In this document: in pieces, positions 10,171 to 19,229 of the stretch
Position numbering within the stretch: position 1 is the first letter of the stretch
Layout of the letters: every line of letters starts with the position of its first letter
NCBI GenBank assembly: GCA_048882485.1
Contig: JBHLRP010000001.1
Coordinates: 192,001-256,000, forward strand
Length of the DNA stretch: 64,000 nucleotides
Direction of reading: 5' to 3'
From: Candidatus Thorarchaeota archaeon
Lineage (GTDB): Archaea > Asgardarchaeota > Thorarchaeia > Thorarchaeales > Thorarchaeaceae
Program-made: the position numbers and the translations under genes
Notes under the pieces: model-generated
Told to the model about the DNA's origin: nothing
The model's database searches: none
What the model saw: the letters and a program-made list of their open reading frames with translations, nothing else

Positions 10171-11250
10171 CTATTCTGAATATGATTTCCAAAGTTCTCC
10201 CCATTCGGTTTCCTCAAGGAACCAGTTTACCCATTTCTTGCCCTTTAGTGGAAGCCAGATGCCATCATGATACAGTCCGGAGAGCTGTGTGGGAAGCCAC
10301 ATTAGGGGCGAGCGGAAAAGGAATTGCTCCATGCCCGGAAATCGTAGGAATCCTCTATTCCAAGCGATTACTGGCGATTTGCCTGGACTCATATGGAAAT
10401 TGGGCAAATCCTTCCATGACTCGTAGTCACCAACAATCTCAATGTCCTCAGGATCTGCGCTCCCCAGTCCTAGGCTGTCAGCAATCTGAAGCTTATGAAC
10501 ACAATTTAGATCTAATCCCATGATTCTGGATTGTACCGTATCAGCAGCTACCATGTCGTTTGTAGCGATTAGCAGATTCCCAATCTTTGGAATCATTGTT
10601 CGTGGTCCTGCCCCGTCCCCCATGACAGTCCCATCAGTAAGAACAAACTCAGAGTTGGAGATCGTCTGCTGAAGCAAAAGCAGATCAACCAGCACCTCAT
10701 GGATCTTGAGATGGGCAAGGTGTCTCTTTTTGGTCAAATAAAGCCCAAATGAGTCCTTGAGAGCCCCTGTCATCTGAGTATGCCCATGAGTCTTCACAGT
10801 TGGAAGATGAATAATGTTGGTCCCAAAGATTTCTTTCGGAGCGATTATCTCACCAAAGACATCCTCAAGAACTAGGGTCTTCTGAGGGAGCTTCACGTCA
10901 ACATAGGTTGCCTCAATGAGTGGGAGGAACTTGATTCGATGTTTCTTTATCACAGGATACCAGTTATTCCCCCTAGTGCCAGCATAAATGTTTGTGACAA
11001 CGGTTTCATTCTCGACCGCTTGAATGTTGCGCGGTGAATAGCCATCGGCTATCATTTTTCTCAGAAGGCCATCGAATACATAGGGATTAGTTGAGCAGGC
11101 AGGATAGAACTTTGACCAAGATAGATTGAGCTTGATGGTAGTTGCGACATTCTTTGAAACATGTTTCTGATATTCAGCCTCATCGAGGAGGCGACCAATG
11201 TCGTCAAAGATTGTCTTTGGAGTGGTGTTTACAACAGCTACCTTGGGCAT
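10171..11250 (-). CDS. DUF362-family protein
   Basis: IKLNLSW, HLPTVKTHGHTQMTGALKDSFG, DGTVMGDGAGP and DMVAAD motifs typical of DUF362. Confidence 0.85.
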   Translation of the reverse strand: MPKVAVVNTTPKTIFDDIGRLLDEAEYQKHVSKNVATTIKLNLSWSKFYPACSTNPYVFDGLLRKMIADGYSPRNIQAVENETVVTNIYAGTRGNNWYPVIKKHRIKFLPLIEATYVDVKLPQKTLVLEDVFGEIIAPKEIFGTNIIHLPTVKTHGHTQMTGALKDSFGLYLTKKRHLAHLKIHEVLVDLLLLQQTISNSEFVLTDGTVMGDGAGPRTMIPKIGNLLIATNDMVAADTVQSRIMGLDLNCVHKLQIADSLGLGSADPEDIEIVGDYESWKDLPNFHMSPGKSPVIAWNRGFLRFPGMEQFLFRSPLMWLPTQLSGLYHDGIWLPLKGKKWVNWFLEETEWGELWKSYSE

Positions 11251-11345
11251 ATGATTCTCCCTCGAGGCGATTTAATCTCCCGCTATTGAGTCTTTTCGAG
11301 TTGATGGATTGGTCGAATGGGGTGCCCTTAAGAACTTCTCTCTAA

Positions 11346-11504
11346 TTGCAGTTTTGTACCAAGAAGGATGCTCTTAATGCAGCAAATGAAGCTGGAAAGA
11401 GCATTGAAGACTTCTTTATTCGTCTGCAGGAAATAACTACAAGTTCTCTTGAATCACTATATCCTGACCAAGAGAGAAATAGAGTCAAGGAGTTGTTCAA
11501 ATAA
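11346..11504 (+). CDS. Possible small hypothetical protein (52 aa, TTG start; not in the ORF track)
   Basis: Reads LQFCTKKDALNAANEAGKSIEDFFIRLQEITTSSLESLYPDQERNRVKELFK*; its stop overlaps the next ATG (TAATG). Confidence 0.3.
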   Translation: MQFCTKKDALNAANEAGKSIEDFFIRLQEITTSSLESLYPDQERNRVKELFK

Positions 11505-11616
11505 TGGATACTTTCCCTAATCCTTGGATTTCCCTAGGAATACCTTTGCTAAACACTCTTCTTCTTTTATTGTTGTGCTATTGGTATAACTCCAATAGGA
11601 GAAAGCCAGACAACGA

Positions 11617-12474
11617 TCATTGGCCCGCGTCAATCCCTACTTGTATCACATCTGTCTTCAATCTGTCCTTGAGATGCACAATCTTTGGCTTCACTCGGTT
11701 GTTATATGACGCACTGAACACACTGACTAATTTTCCATCAAAGAACGTCTGAACGCCATCTGGAAAAACTTGGTGCGCTCTGAACATCAAAGCGAGGTCC
11801 AAGGATTCAGCAAATTCATTGAATGCTAGCCGCCCATAGATCCTTGAGCCGCCTCCCCTCCAATTGGGACTGAATCTGAAATCCCCCTCCGCTGGGTCGT
11901 TCCATGTCAATTGGAGCGCAATTGGGTCTTGGAAATCTTCATGGAATCGGTCTACTCTTTGAATCTGCTCAAGCGTATCTACTCCTTCTGGTATTCCTCC
12001 ATGACAGGAGAACACGCCGTTAGAACTCAAGCCTCCCAATGGTAGCACCTTGAATCCTGAGCAATAGATATCAAATACATCTGGTGAGTACCTGGCTGTC
12101 ACCGCATTGTAGAATCCATATGACCTGGCGATACTGTTGGCCTCATGATTGCCCCTTAATGCCATCACTCTGTATGGATATTCAATTGCCACCGAAAACA
12201 CAAGATTGACAGTTTCGATTTGTTGTGGTCCCCTATCCGCATAGTCACCAAGAAATACCATTGTTGCATCCTTACGATTCTGTACAAGTTGTTGAGCAAC
12301 CAGAGCGCTTTGAAGCTCTCCATGCAGATCACCAACGTAGTAAACGTCTCTTCGTGGTGTTTCGACAATATTAGGGAACCCCCTATATTGATCACTCAAG
12401 GTTCCAACCAACTGCTCTATTTCCTCTGCAGTGAGGTCAACTTTACCCTCTAGGACTCGCTTTGCAAGATGCAT
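11617..12474 (-). CDS. PPP-family Ser/Thr protein phosphatase (PP1/PP2A-like metallophosphoesterase)
   Basis: GDLHG, GDYADRG, LRGNHE, CHGG, LTWNDP, RAHQ, SVFSA motifs. Start set at the ATG of MHLAKR; the ORF track start at 12531 overlaps the upstream gene. Confidence 0.92.
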   Translation of the reverse strand: MHLAKRVLEGKVDLTAEEIEQLVGTLSDQYRGFPNIVETPRRDVYYVGDLHGELQSALVAQQLVQNRKDATMVFLGDYADRGPQQIETVNLVFSVAIEYPYRVMALRGNHEANSIARSYGFYNAVTARYSPDVFDIYCSGFKVLPLGGLSSNGVFSCHGGIPEGVDTLEQIQRVDRFHEDFQDPIALQLTWNDPAEGDFRFSPNWRGGGSRIYGRLAFNEFAESLDLALMFRAHQVFPDGVQTFFDGKLVSVFSASYNNRVKPKIVHLKDRLKTDVIQVGIDAGQ

Positions 12475-12521
12475 CTCAAATAAATACTCATGAGGTGTCC
12501 TAAAGAACTTGGCTCTTGGCG

Positions 12522-13022
12522 CTAATCCCACCCCAGGGCATTGAATGCCTTTTCAACAGCATCTTGTGGAGATTCAGCGGGCAGGACCACATCATCCCTT
12601 CTCTCATCTATCTTTGTTCCAGCCAAGCGCTTTGCCCATCCGCCTGACGGCACTAGTGCAATGACTGGTCTGTCAGAAAACCAAGCAATTGCCATCTCGC
12701 TCAATGTTCCAGCGGATCCTGCAATTGCTATAACCGCATCCCCTGTCTTGGCAACCAAGAAGTTCCTAGCATATCCCATTCCCGTGGGAACAGCAATGTC
12801 CACATACTTGTTGGCATGTTCTTTGAAGTCAGTAGGAAGAATTCCAATGGTAGTGCCTCCATGCCTCTTTGCTCCTCTGCAAGCGGCTTCCATCACGCCA
12901 CCTAGTCCACCGCAGACAACAGCGGCACCACGTTTTGCTATCTCTTCACCTACCGCTTCAGCTAAGTCTAGGACACTCTCATCGCTATCGGATCCACCTA
13001 TCACGGAAATACTCCTTATCAT
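12522..13022 (-). CDS. TIGR00725-family (SLOG/LOG superfamily) Rossmann-fold protein
   Basis: SVIGG, CGGLGGVMEAACRGAK, GTTIGILP, TGMGYARN, GSAGTLSE. Start set at MIRSISV. Confidence 0.9.
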   Translation of the reverse strand: MIRSISVIGGSDSDESVLDLAEAVGEEIAKRGAAVVCGGLGGVMEAACRGAKRHGGTTIGILPTDFKEHANKYVDIAVPTGMGYARNFLVAKTGDAVIAIAGSAGTLSEMAIAWFSDRPVIALVPSGGWAKRLAGTKIDERRDDVVLPAESPQDAVEKAFNALGWD

Positions 13023-13032
13023 AGGATTCACA

Positions 13033-14154
13033 CTACTGGTCTTGTTCTTGAGATTGAATTCTTCTAGCAATAGACTCGTAATCAATCTCGGAAAGCCTGC
13101 CGTCTTGCAATCTACGGTTGGCTTCATCCAGTAGTGTCCAGGAAACTCCCTTCTTGATATATCCTAGCCTCGTGAGTCTTTCCTCAAGGAGTGGCTTGCT
13201 GCTCAGGTCATGGGGCAGGTCAATTTTTGAACATCTTGATGCTCGGTATAGCTGCTTCTCAACGTGGTCTGGAATCTCTCGAGTTGCTAGTGCGTAGATT
13301 TTGGCCAAGGTCAATAACGCTCTTGTACTAAGGTCTTCTGATGACCATCCTGCATCTGTTCCTACTATGCAGATCTTCGACCTCCGCACGCATTTCTTGA
13401 GACAATACTGGCATATCACTGGTTCAAGAATGGCATCTCCCATTGAAAGCTCAATCCTCATAGTTCCTTCATCAAGTTCCAAGATACAATGTGTACTTGT
13501 TGAGCTGATACCAAATGCCTCCGCGTTCTTCTTGATTATCATTATCTCTTCATTCGAATTCGGAGGCAATTGATTAGGACTGGAAATCGGTTGCTGTGCG
13601 GGACATGCATCTTCAGTCAATAGTGCTACGAACGGGAGGTTTCTATTGGAATCGCCACTTCGCAGCATCGAAGCCAGAGAGCCTATGGTTTCTCCAACGC
13701 TTTCCAAATGGCGAATTAGGGGCTGAACTCCCATTACATTTGCAATGTGCTTAACCGCCTCTTCAGTTCCTTGACTGTTTCCTACAATGACCACAATCAG
13801 GAATGCTCTAGACTTCTCAGTGAGAGTCCTATACAAATCAAGGAATGAGTCTGCTTCTTCCGGTCTTAACACAATTATCGCCCCCCTGTGCCCTCTCATG
13901 AATGTTTGAGTGAGGCCTGGAAACCTCTCCGTTATGGGCAATGCCCACAATTGGAGTACAGCTTCTCCACCATCGTCTAGCCTACTCCTAGATACTCCAA
14001 TGCCTACTCCAACTGTGGAGTGCAGCTGATATGCTACGACACCTTCCGAAGCAATATTGAGAAATCCTGTTTGCAGAGCGGAATTCACTCCAAGAACCAA
14101 AGCCTTGTACATGACCCTGGCTCCGTCAGGGATTTCTTCTGAAGGACGATACAC
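13033..14154 (-). CDS. Degenerate Rab-like GTPase-fold domain fused to a Cys-rich C-terminal domain
   Basis: YKALVLG, STVGV, LQLWALPITERF, TFMRGHRGAIIV and VIVGN align with the Rab G1-G4 regions but lack GKT, DxxG and NKxD. C-terminal part has CQYCLKKC...C. Confidence 0.6.
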   Translation of the reverse strand: MYRPSEEIPDGARVMYKALVLGVNSALQTGFLNIASEGVVAYQLHSTVGVGIGVSRSRLDDGGEAVLQLWALPITERFPGLTQTFMRGHRGAIIVLRPEEADSFLDLYRTLTEKSRAFLIVVIVGNSQGTEEAVKHIANVMGVQPLIRHLESVGETIGSLASMLRSGDSNRNLPFVALLTEDACPAQQPISSPNQLPPNSNEEIMIIKKNAEAFGISSTSTHCILELDEGTMRIELSMGDAILEPVICQYCLKKCVRRSKICIVGTDAGWSSEDLSTRALLTLAKIYALATREIPDHVEKQLYRASRCSKIDLPHDLSSKPLLEERLTRLGYIKKGVSWTLLDEANRRLQDGRLSEIDYESIARRIQSQEQDQ

Positions 14155-14449
14155 GGGTTCTCCTTCTCATAGACGAAAAAATAGCTATGGGTCATGGATG
14201 TCATGCTTGTAGGTGGCTAAATACGCTCAAACGTAACAGGAAAGTGAGTCCCAAGGTTTAGGAGATGGAATCTTGCGAAGCTCACGGTTCAACAGGCGTT
14301 ATCTGAAGAAATCAAGTCAGATGCCTATGCGGCAATATGCAGATTTTCCAAGGGTAATTCCGCAGAGCATGATATACAAGAAAGATGCCTGAGTTTCATG
14401 CAATAGGATAACCTTATTCAGCCGAATCATTACTTTCTCCCTGATTAGG

Positions 14450-14809
14450 ATGGTCAAAGTATATAGAGCGTCTGAGGTCGATCTGAAGGGTCGAGCCGGC
14501 TATGGGGTTAAATACGTTGCAGACATTGGCTTCACAAGCCCAATCGAGAATGCTGGTTTCATTCTTGTTAAGATTCCACCCGACAAGAAGACTACTCCTC
14601 ATGCGCATGGATATCTCGAAGAAGCCTTTGTGATCATGAATCCCACAAGGATGGGAGTTGATGAAACACTCTATGACCTGAATGAGGGAGATGTGGTCTT
14701 GGTCCAGCCAGGTGAGCGACATTGGTTTGAAACGCCTGATGGTGAAGATGTTACCATAATCGCAGTGAAATTGCCAAACTTGAAAAATGACAAGATAGAA
14801 ACTGATTGA
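14450..14809 (+). CDS. Cupin-domain protein
   Basis: PHAHGYLEEAF and EGDVVLVQPGERHWF cupin motifs. Confidence 0.9.
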   Translation: MVKVYRASEVDLKGRAGYGVKYVADIGFTSPIENAGFILVKIPPDKKTTPHAHGYLEEAFVIMNPTRMGVDETLYDLNEGDVVLVQPGERHWFETPDGEDVTIIAVKLPNLKNDKIETD

Positions 14810-14814
14810 ATCTT

Positions 14815-15225
14815 CTAGTAGTCTTCTTCCTCATAATCCCTGAACATCATATCTAGGCGGTCCCTTCTTGCGGGATTGCGTGATTCAGGAAAAGACCTCT
14901 TGAGAATGCCATCAAGCTCCCTCCAGTCCTCCTGCCGTTTCTTCCTACCATACACACCTGCCAGAGTAATCACAATATATGATATGGCGCCCACGATGTA
15001 GAGATCCGTCCTTGAATCAAAGATCGATGACATTATTGCCATCGCAAGCACGGCGATACCCCCCACAATCATTGTGTTGATGAAGCAGTCGCATCTTAAT
15101 TCCATTTCCGGAGGTCCAATAAGGAAATCATCAGGGTCCGATCCAGGAGCACGATTGAGGATATAATTGAACCAAGAAGCAAACAGCACTCCACCAAGAA
15201 TGCCTAACGCTACGACTGGGTTCAC
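14815..15225 (-). CDS. Small membrane protein (3 TM), hypothetical
   Basis: Three hydrophobic segments and a charged C-terminus; GTG start 25 nt downstream of the PIN gene. Confidence 0.7.
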   Translation of the reverse strand: MNPVVALGILGGVLFASWFNYILNRAPGSDPDDFLIGPPEMELRCDCFINTMIVGGIAVLAMAIMSSIFDSRTDLYIVGAISYIVITLAGVYGRKKRQEDWRELDGILKRSFPESRNPARRDRLDMMFRDYEEEDY

Positions 15226-15250
15226 TTTTCACACATCCAATTTGCACAAA

Positions 15251-17065
15251 TTATATTTCAGGTTCAGGTTCTGCGATTTTGAGCCAGCTGAAACCATACT
15301 CGCCTTCATAAGAAATCTCTGAATCATCGCCAGGAGTTATTATAAGCATAACAGAGTATTTGTCCACCACCTCTGGATCTGCATTCGCTAGGCTGAATTT
15401 CCCACCAATCAGCGCTACCTTGTGGCCTGTCTTCAAGTTTGCAAGCTCAGGATGTTTCATGATATCTATCCCGATTCTGACCTGAAGCTGCTCATTCCTA
15501 ACAACAAGTGTTGTATTGTCGCTTATTGTTTCCACTGATAAGACATCCATCCAACTGCAAACTTCATCGGGCAGCTCCTCCAAATCTACTGGCTCTTTTG
15601 TAGTCATATCTTCAATGGGCGGCAAATTGCCTTGAATCTCGTTCAGAATCGGAGTTATTTTTGATGTGTCCCAGCCCTTCTTCACAAACATCTTGAGCGC
15701 ATGCTCGGCAATCTTCTCCAAAGCTGGCTTGAATCTATCGTGCGATGAGGATGAGATCTTATAGAGCATAAGGAAGGATGCAAGAGCCCCTTCTTCCTTG
15801 CCATAAGCCACACCGACCTTATATGAAGTCACGACCAATTGCCAAGCATTATCGTGCTCATCAAATTGAATTGCATGTTTTGCGATATCACTCAACAAGG
15901 CAAGAGTTGCAGATGGATATTGGAGCTTGCTCTTTGTGAGAGAGAAGCCACCCATGAACTCTCTCAAGACCTGCATGATGACGTATAGGCCTTCTGAGGT
16001 CTCAATCATATCCTCGAGTCCCACCCTTCGAATCATTGAGTCGTAAAGGGAGTAATAGTAGTCAATCTCTTCGTAGTCCTCACGGATCATTGCTAGAACA
16101 ATGCGAACAAAGAACACGCTTGCTTTGAGTTCATCATTGGACACCCCAGCGAACATTAGGAGCCTGAATGCCTCATCGGAGATGACCAATGCCTCTTCAA
16201 TGCCCTCCCTGGTTCCACGATAAAGGTGACAAATCATTTCCAAGTAATAGAGAAACAGCGTCAAGTCCGATGCATGTTGAACAAGCTTCGAATGAGTGTC
16301 TGAATCGTTGGTGAGTGTGGAAACTATGAGTAGTCGTTCAATCTCGTTTTGAATGGCTTCGATCTCAAGGGCTAGTGTGTTATACTTGCCATTTCTGAAG
16401 TCCTCAAACATCGTGGGAATTCCTGCTTTGATGTCTTCGAGGAAATCAAGAATAAAGAGCGGCTGTCCCCTTGAAAGCTGCCTATCCAACCCTTCTGCAG
16501 GTGCCTTGACTGCCCTAAGTACTCGGAGCGCATGTTCCTCTATGAGTCTAATTCTTGTGACGGGATCATAGGCCTCTTGGCGCGAGATACTATATCTCAC
16601 TTCCTCGCCATAGATTCTCTCACGCAGCACTGATAGCTTATTCTTTAGTCCCTCATCATCAATGGATTCCATGAGCTCAAGAACAAACGCCGAACCAACT
16701 ATTCCTTCCACGTCCACCTGGATGTCTTGAATGGTATTGAGTAGCTTCAGGTCACTAGTGACAATCTTAGACTTCTTGACCCTCATTGCCCCAAGAATGA
16801 GGGACATGTCATTGTGCTGAGGAAGAGAACTCTCAGGCTTATTGATACTCTCCATCAGTTCCTTGATGTCCTTTGTGAGGGTTTCATCAATCTGGACTAC
16901 TTGCTCTGCCTCCCTTCTCAGGTACCATCTGAGTTCCTGAAAAACCTGGCGAGTGACCCAGAGTTCCATTCCTGCCCTTTTGGCTGCCTCCTTCACTATG
17001 AAGACATCTTTCGGTCGGTTGCTGAAACCGCTGATGAAGAAGTTTGCATCTAGATATACGCGCAT
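15251..17065 (-). CDS. PIN-domain protein with a long helical (TPR-like) middle and a beta-rich C-terminus
   Basis: N-terminal VYLDAN, VFQEL, NDMSL and VTSD give the acidic PIN active-site pattern; 604 aa. Confidence 0.75.
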   Translation of the reverse strand: MRVYLDANFFISGFSNRPKDVFIVKEAAKRAGMELWVTRQVFQELRWYLRREAEQVVQIDETLTKDIKELMESINKPESSLPQHNDMSLILGAMRVKKSKIVTSDLKLLNTIQDIQVDVEGIVGSAFVLELMESIDDEGLKNKLSVLRERIYGEEVRYSISRQEAYDPVTRIRLIEEHALRVLRAVKAPAEGLDRQLSRGQPLFILDFLEDIKAGIPTMFEDFRNGKYNTLALEIEAIQNEIERLLIVSTLTNDSDTHSKLVQHASDLTLFLYYLEMICHLYRGTREGIEEALVISDEAFRLLMFAGVSNDELKASVFFVRIVLAMIREDYEEIDYYYSLYDSMIRRVGLEDMIETSEGLYVIMQVLREFMGGFSLTKSKLQYPSATLALLSDIAKHAIQFDEHDNAWQLVVTSYKVGVAYGKEEGALASFLMLYKISSSSHDRFKPALEKIAEHALKMFVKKGWDTSKITPILNEIQGNLPPIEDMTTKEPVDLEELPDEVCSWMDVLSVETISDNTTLVVRNEQLQVRIGIDIMKHPELANLKTGHKVALIGGKFSLANADPEVVDKYSVMLIITPGDDSEISYEGEYGFSWLKIAEPEPEI

Positions 17066-17298
17066 CTAATCTGACTCCATGACTTGCCATCCCAAGTGGG
17101 GGTGGAGACTCCCTCGACTGCGAATGCTTGTCGTCTGGATTGAATTTCGACCTACATTAAGGTCTTTCGCTGGGGATGTAACTTGGATAAGCAGTAAGGA
17201 GCACGGAAAAACGTTTTGCTCCATTCCCTGCTTCCTTTTAATTCACTCACATTGCCCTGAAACGATTTGGTGAGAAATGTTTCCTGAAGATGTTCAAC

Positions 17299-17592
17299 TT
17301 AGATTTCAATATCTTCGATTCCATTATCTAATGCGTAGTTTAGTGCTTCAGCTTCGGTTTCGAATCGTCTGACGATATCAAATTCGTAATATGAGGTGTC
17401 TCCATCCCTCGACAGCTCCATTATTGGTCCTGCAAACTGTCCTGGATCACGATATACTCTGACCAAACAAATGAATTTGGTTTTAACCGCCTCCGCGCAT
17501 GCATCACATCTGTTGGGCCCTCGTGCACAATGCGGCGGCGAGATGACTCTAATCATCTCCTCATATGGCCTTTCGTTTTCTGAGAAGTCCAT
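17299..17592 (-). CDS. Small hypothetical protein with a putative metal-binding Cys cluster
   Basis: HCARGPNRCDAC...C; 97 aa. Confidence 0.65.
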   Translation of the reverse strand: MDFSENERPYEEMIRVISPPHCARGPNRCDACAEAVKTKFICLVRVYRDPGQFAGPIMELSRDGDTSYYEFDIVRRFETEAEALNYALDNGIEDIEI

Positions 17593-17641
17593 ACTTTAAG
17601 CAATACATTTTGTGCTTTGAGTCTATCTTGCTCAGACTCAT

Positions 17642-18817
17642 TCATCCTCTTACAAGTCCTAGCACCTTGCTTTTGAGTCCCAAGGAAACTTTTGATGCAT
17701 AGATGTCGCTTTGCCCTCTTCTCGCGTGCTTGACCTTTAGATGGTAGCCTAGTTCCTCGATAGACTCCCGAACCTTTCCAAATCCGCTAATCCATGTTTC
17801 GCACTTCATTCCAAGTGCCTTTAATACTTAAAAGCCATAGACAGTCATCCACAGTGGTCTTAAACTTATTCGGTCCCCCCGAATGTAGAGGACTGTTTTC
17901 TGAATCTCTTCCTCTCGCCTCCTTAGTATGAGCGGAATGAGAACCGAGGCAGGAGTAGCTGCTAATCTATCAACTTCCAGAAAAAGCGTAGAGCCACCGT
18001 TTTTGAGTGGCTTCTCAATCAACCTGTTGAGTCCCATATAGATGGAATGTCGCTCTTCCTCAATAGTCATCTCCTCCTTTGGAGTGAGCATCGCTATATT
18101 CGCCGGATTGCCATCATACGCAGCCAGTTCCCCCATACCGATTGCTTCAATCAACTCATTTGCCAAAGCATAATGATTCTTCTGATCAGTGGCATTTGAG
18201 GCTTTAATAACAAGTCTTCTAACTCCATCTCGCCCTAGAGTTTCAAGTACGCGTTCGAACCTTGGGGGCTTAGGATTTCTGATATATGCCCAATGTGGTA
18301 TTCCTCTGCTTCTATGGAAATTGAGAACAGCGATAATCATTCCTTCGAGGAAAATCTTCTTCTCCGGAATCAATGGTGCATGTTCATGATGGTCATACAG
18401 ACCTGGCAGCATCAGCCGCTCCAAATTCAAACAGAAATGTAATGGTAAGGTGTCAAGGTCATCGAGCGGATTTCCGGAGAGATTTAACTGTTCCAGTTTC
18501 CTGCAATGCAGGAGCGGGTATAAATCAATGGATGAAAGGTCATTGCGGCTGAGGTCCAAATACCTTAGATGCCTGCAATTGGACAGTGGTTGAAGATTAA
18601 TCGTCTTTAATCTGTTCTCACACAGAACAATGAAATTTAGGTTCTTGAGTTCTGCCGCTTGGCTGAGGTCTATTCTCTCAGTTCGTCTGTGATGGAGAAT
18701 AATCCTATCAGAGTCTTTCCTAAGAATCAGACTTCTCTCGTCGTTCCAGTCATCTGAATATCGCAATTCAACACGTGAATCAGACACCCTCTTGCACTCC
18801 CCATAGTGAACCCGCAT
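17642..18817 (-). pseudogene. Leucine-rich-repeat protein interrupted by an in-frame TAA at 17828-17830
   Basis: LRR units (LxxLxLxxNxLxxIDLxPL). After ...LWMTVYGF-TAA the same frame continues for 61 codons (VLKALGMKCETWISGFGKVRESIEELGYHLKV...) to a TGA at 17642-17644. Confidence 0.65.
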
Positions 18818-19229
18818 GCTCCTTCAAGCATGGTTCATCCTCTTAGTTGTACAATACGAACTCTTTTGAACACCACTTAACTCGATGTGCGATGGCATCA
18901 TATTCGATGGTGAAGCTGATATGCGGCTGATCAAGCATAATGAGGATATATTGGTGCAGGTGGTTCTCCGTCAGATAAGCACGTAATGATGGCGCCAAAT
19001 CAAATCTAGGTCTTGTTCACCTTCCATTCGCTAACGAAAAATAGGGAAGTATTATATCAGCGATAAACCTGTTTTTGCAAGTTCGCTGGGCGGCCGAGAA
19101 TGGAGAGAGAGGTCGCAGGCACACGCCAGCATTATTGGTTGTAAGATTCGCTGGGGATGCCACCACGGCCTTTGCGTGCTAGACCCTTGTTCCTGATGTC
19201 GGACGTCTTGAGAGGAGGCATACGCACAC

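Noticed and set aside
12541-13134. 197-aa + strand ORF and the many other short ORFs nested antisense or out of frame in long genes
   Set aside because: They are shadow ORFs of well-supported genes and carry no motifs.
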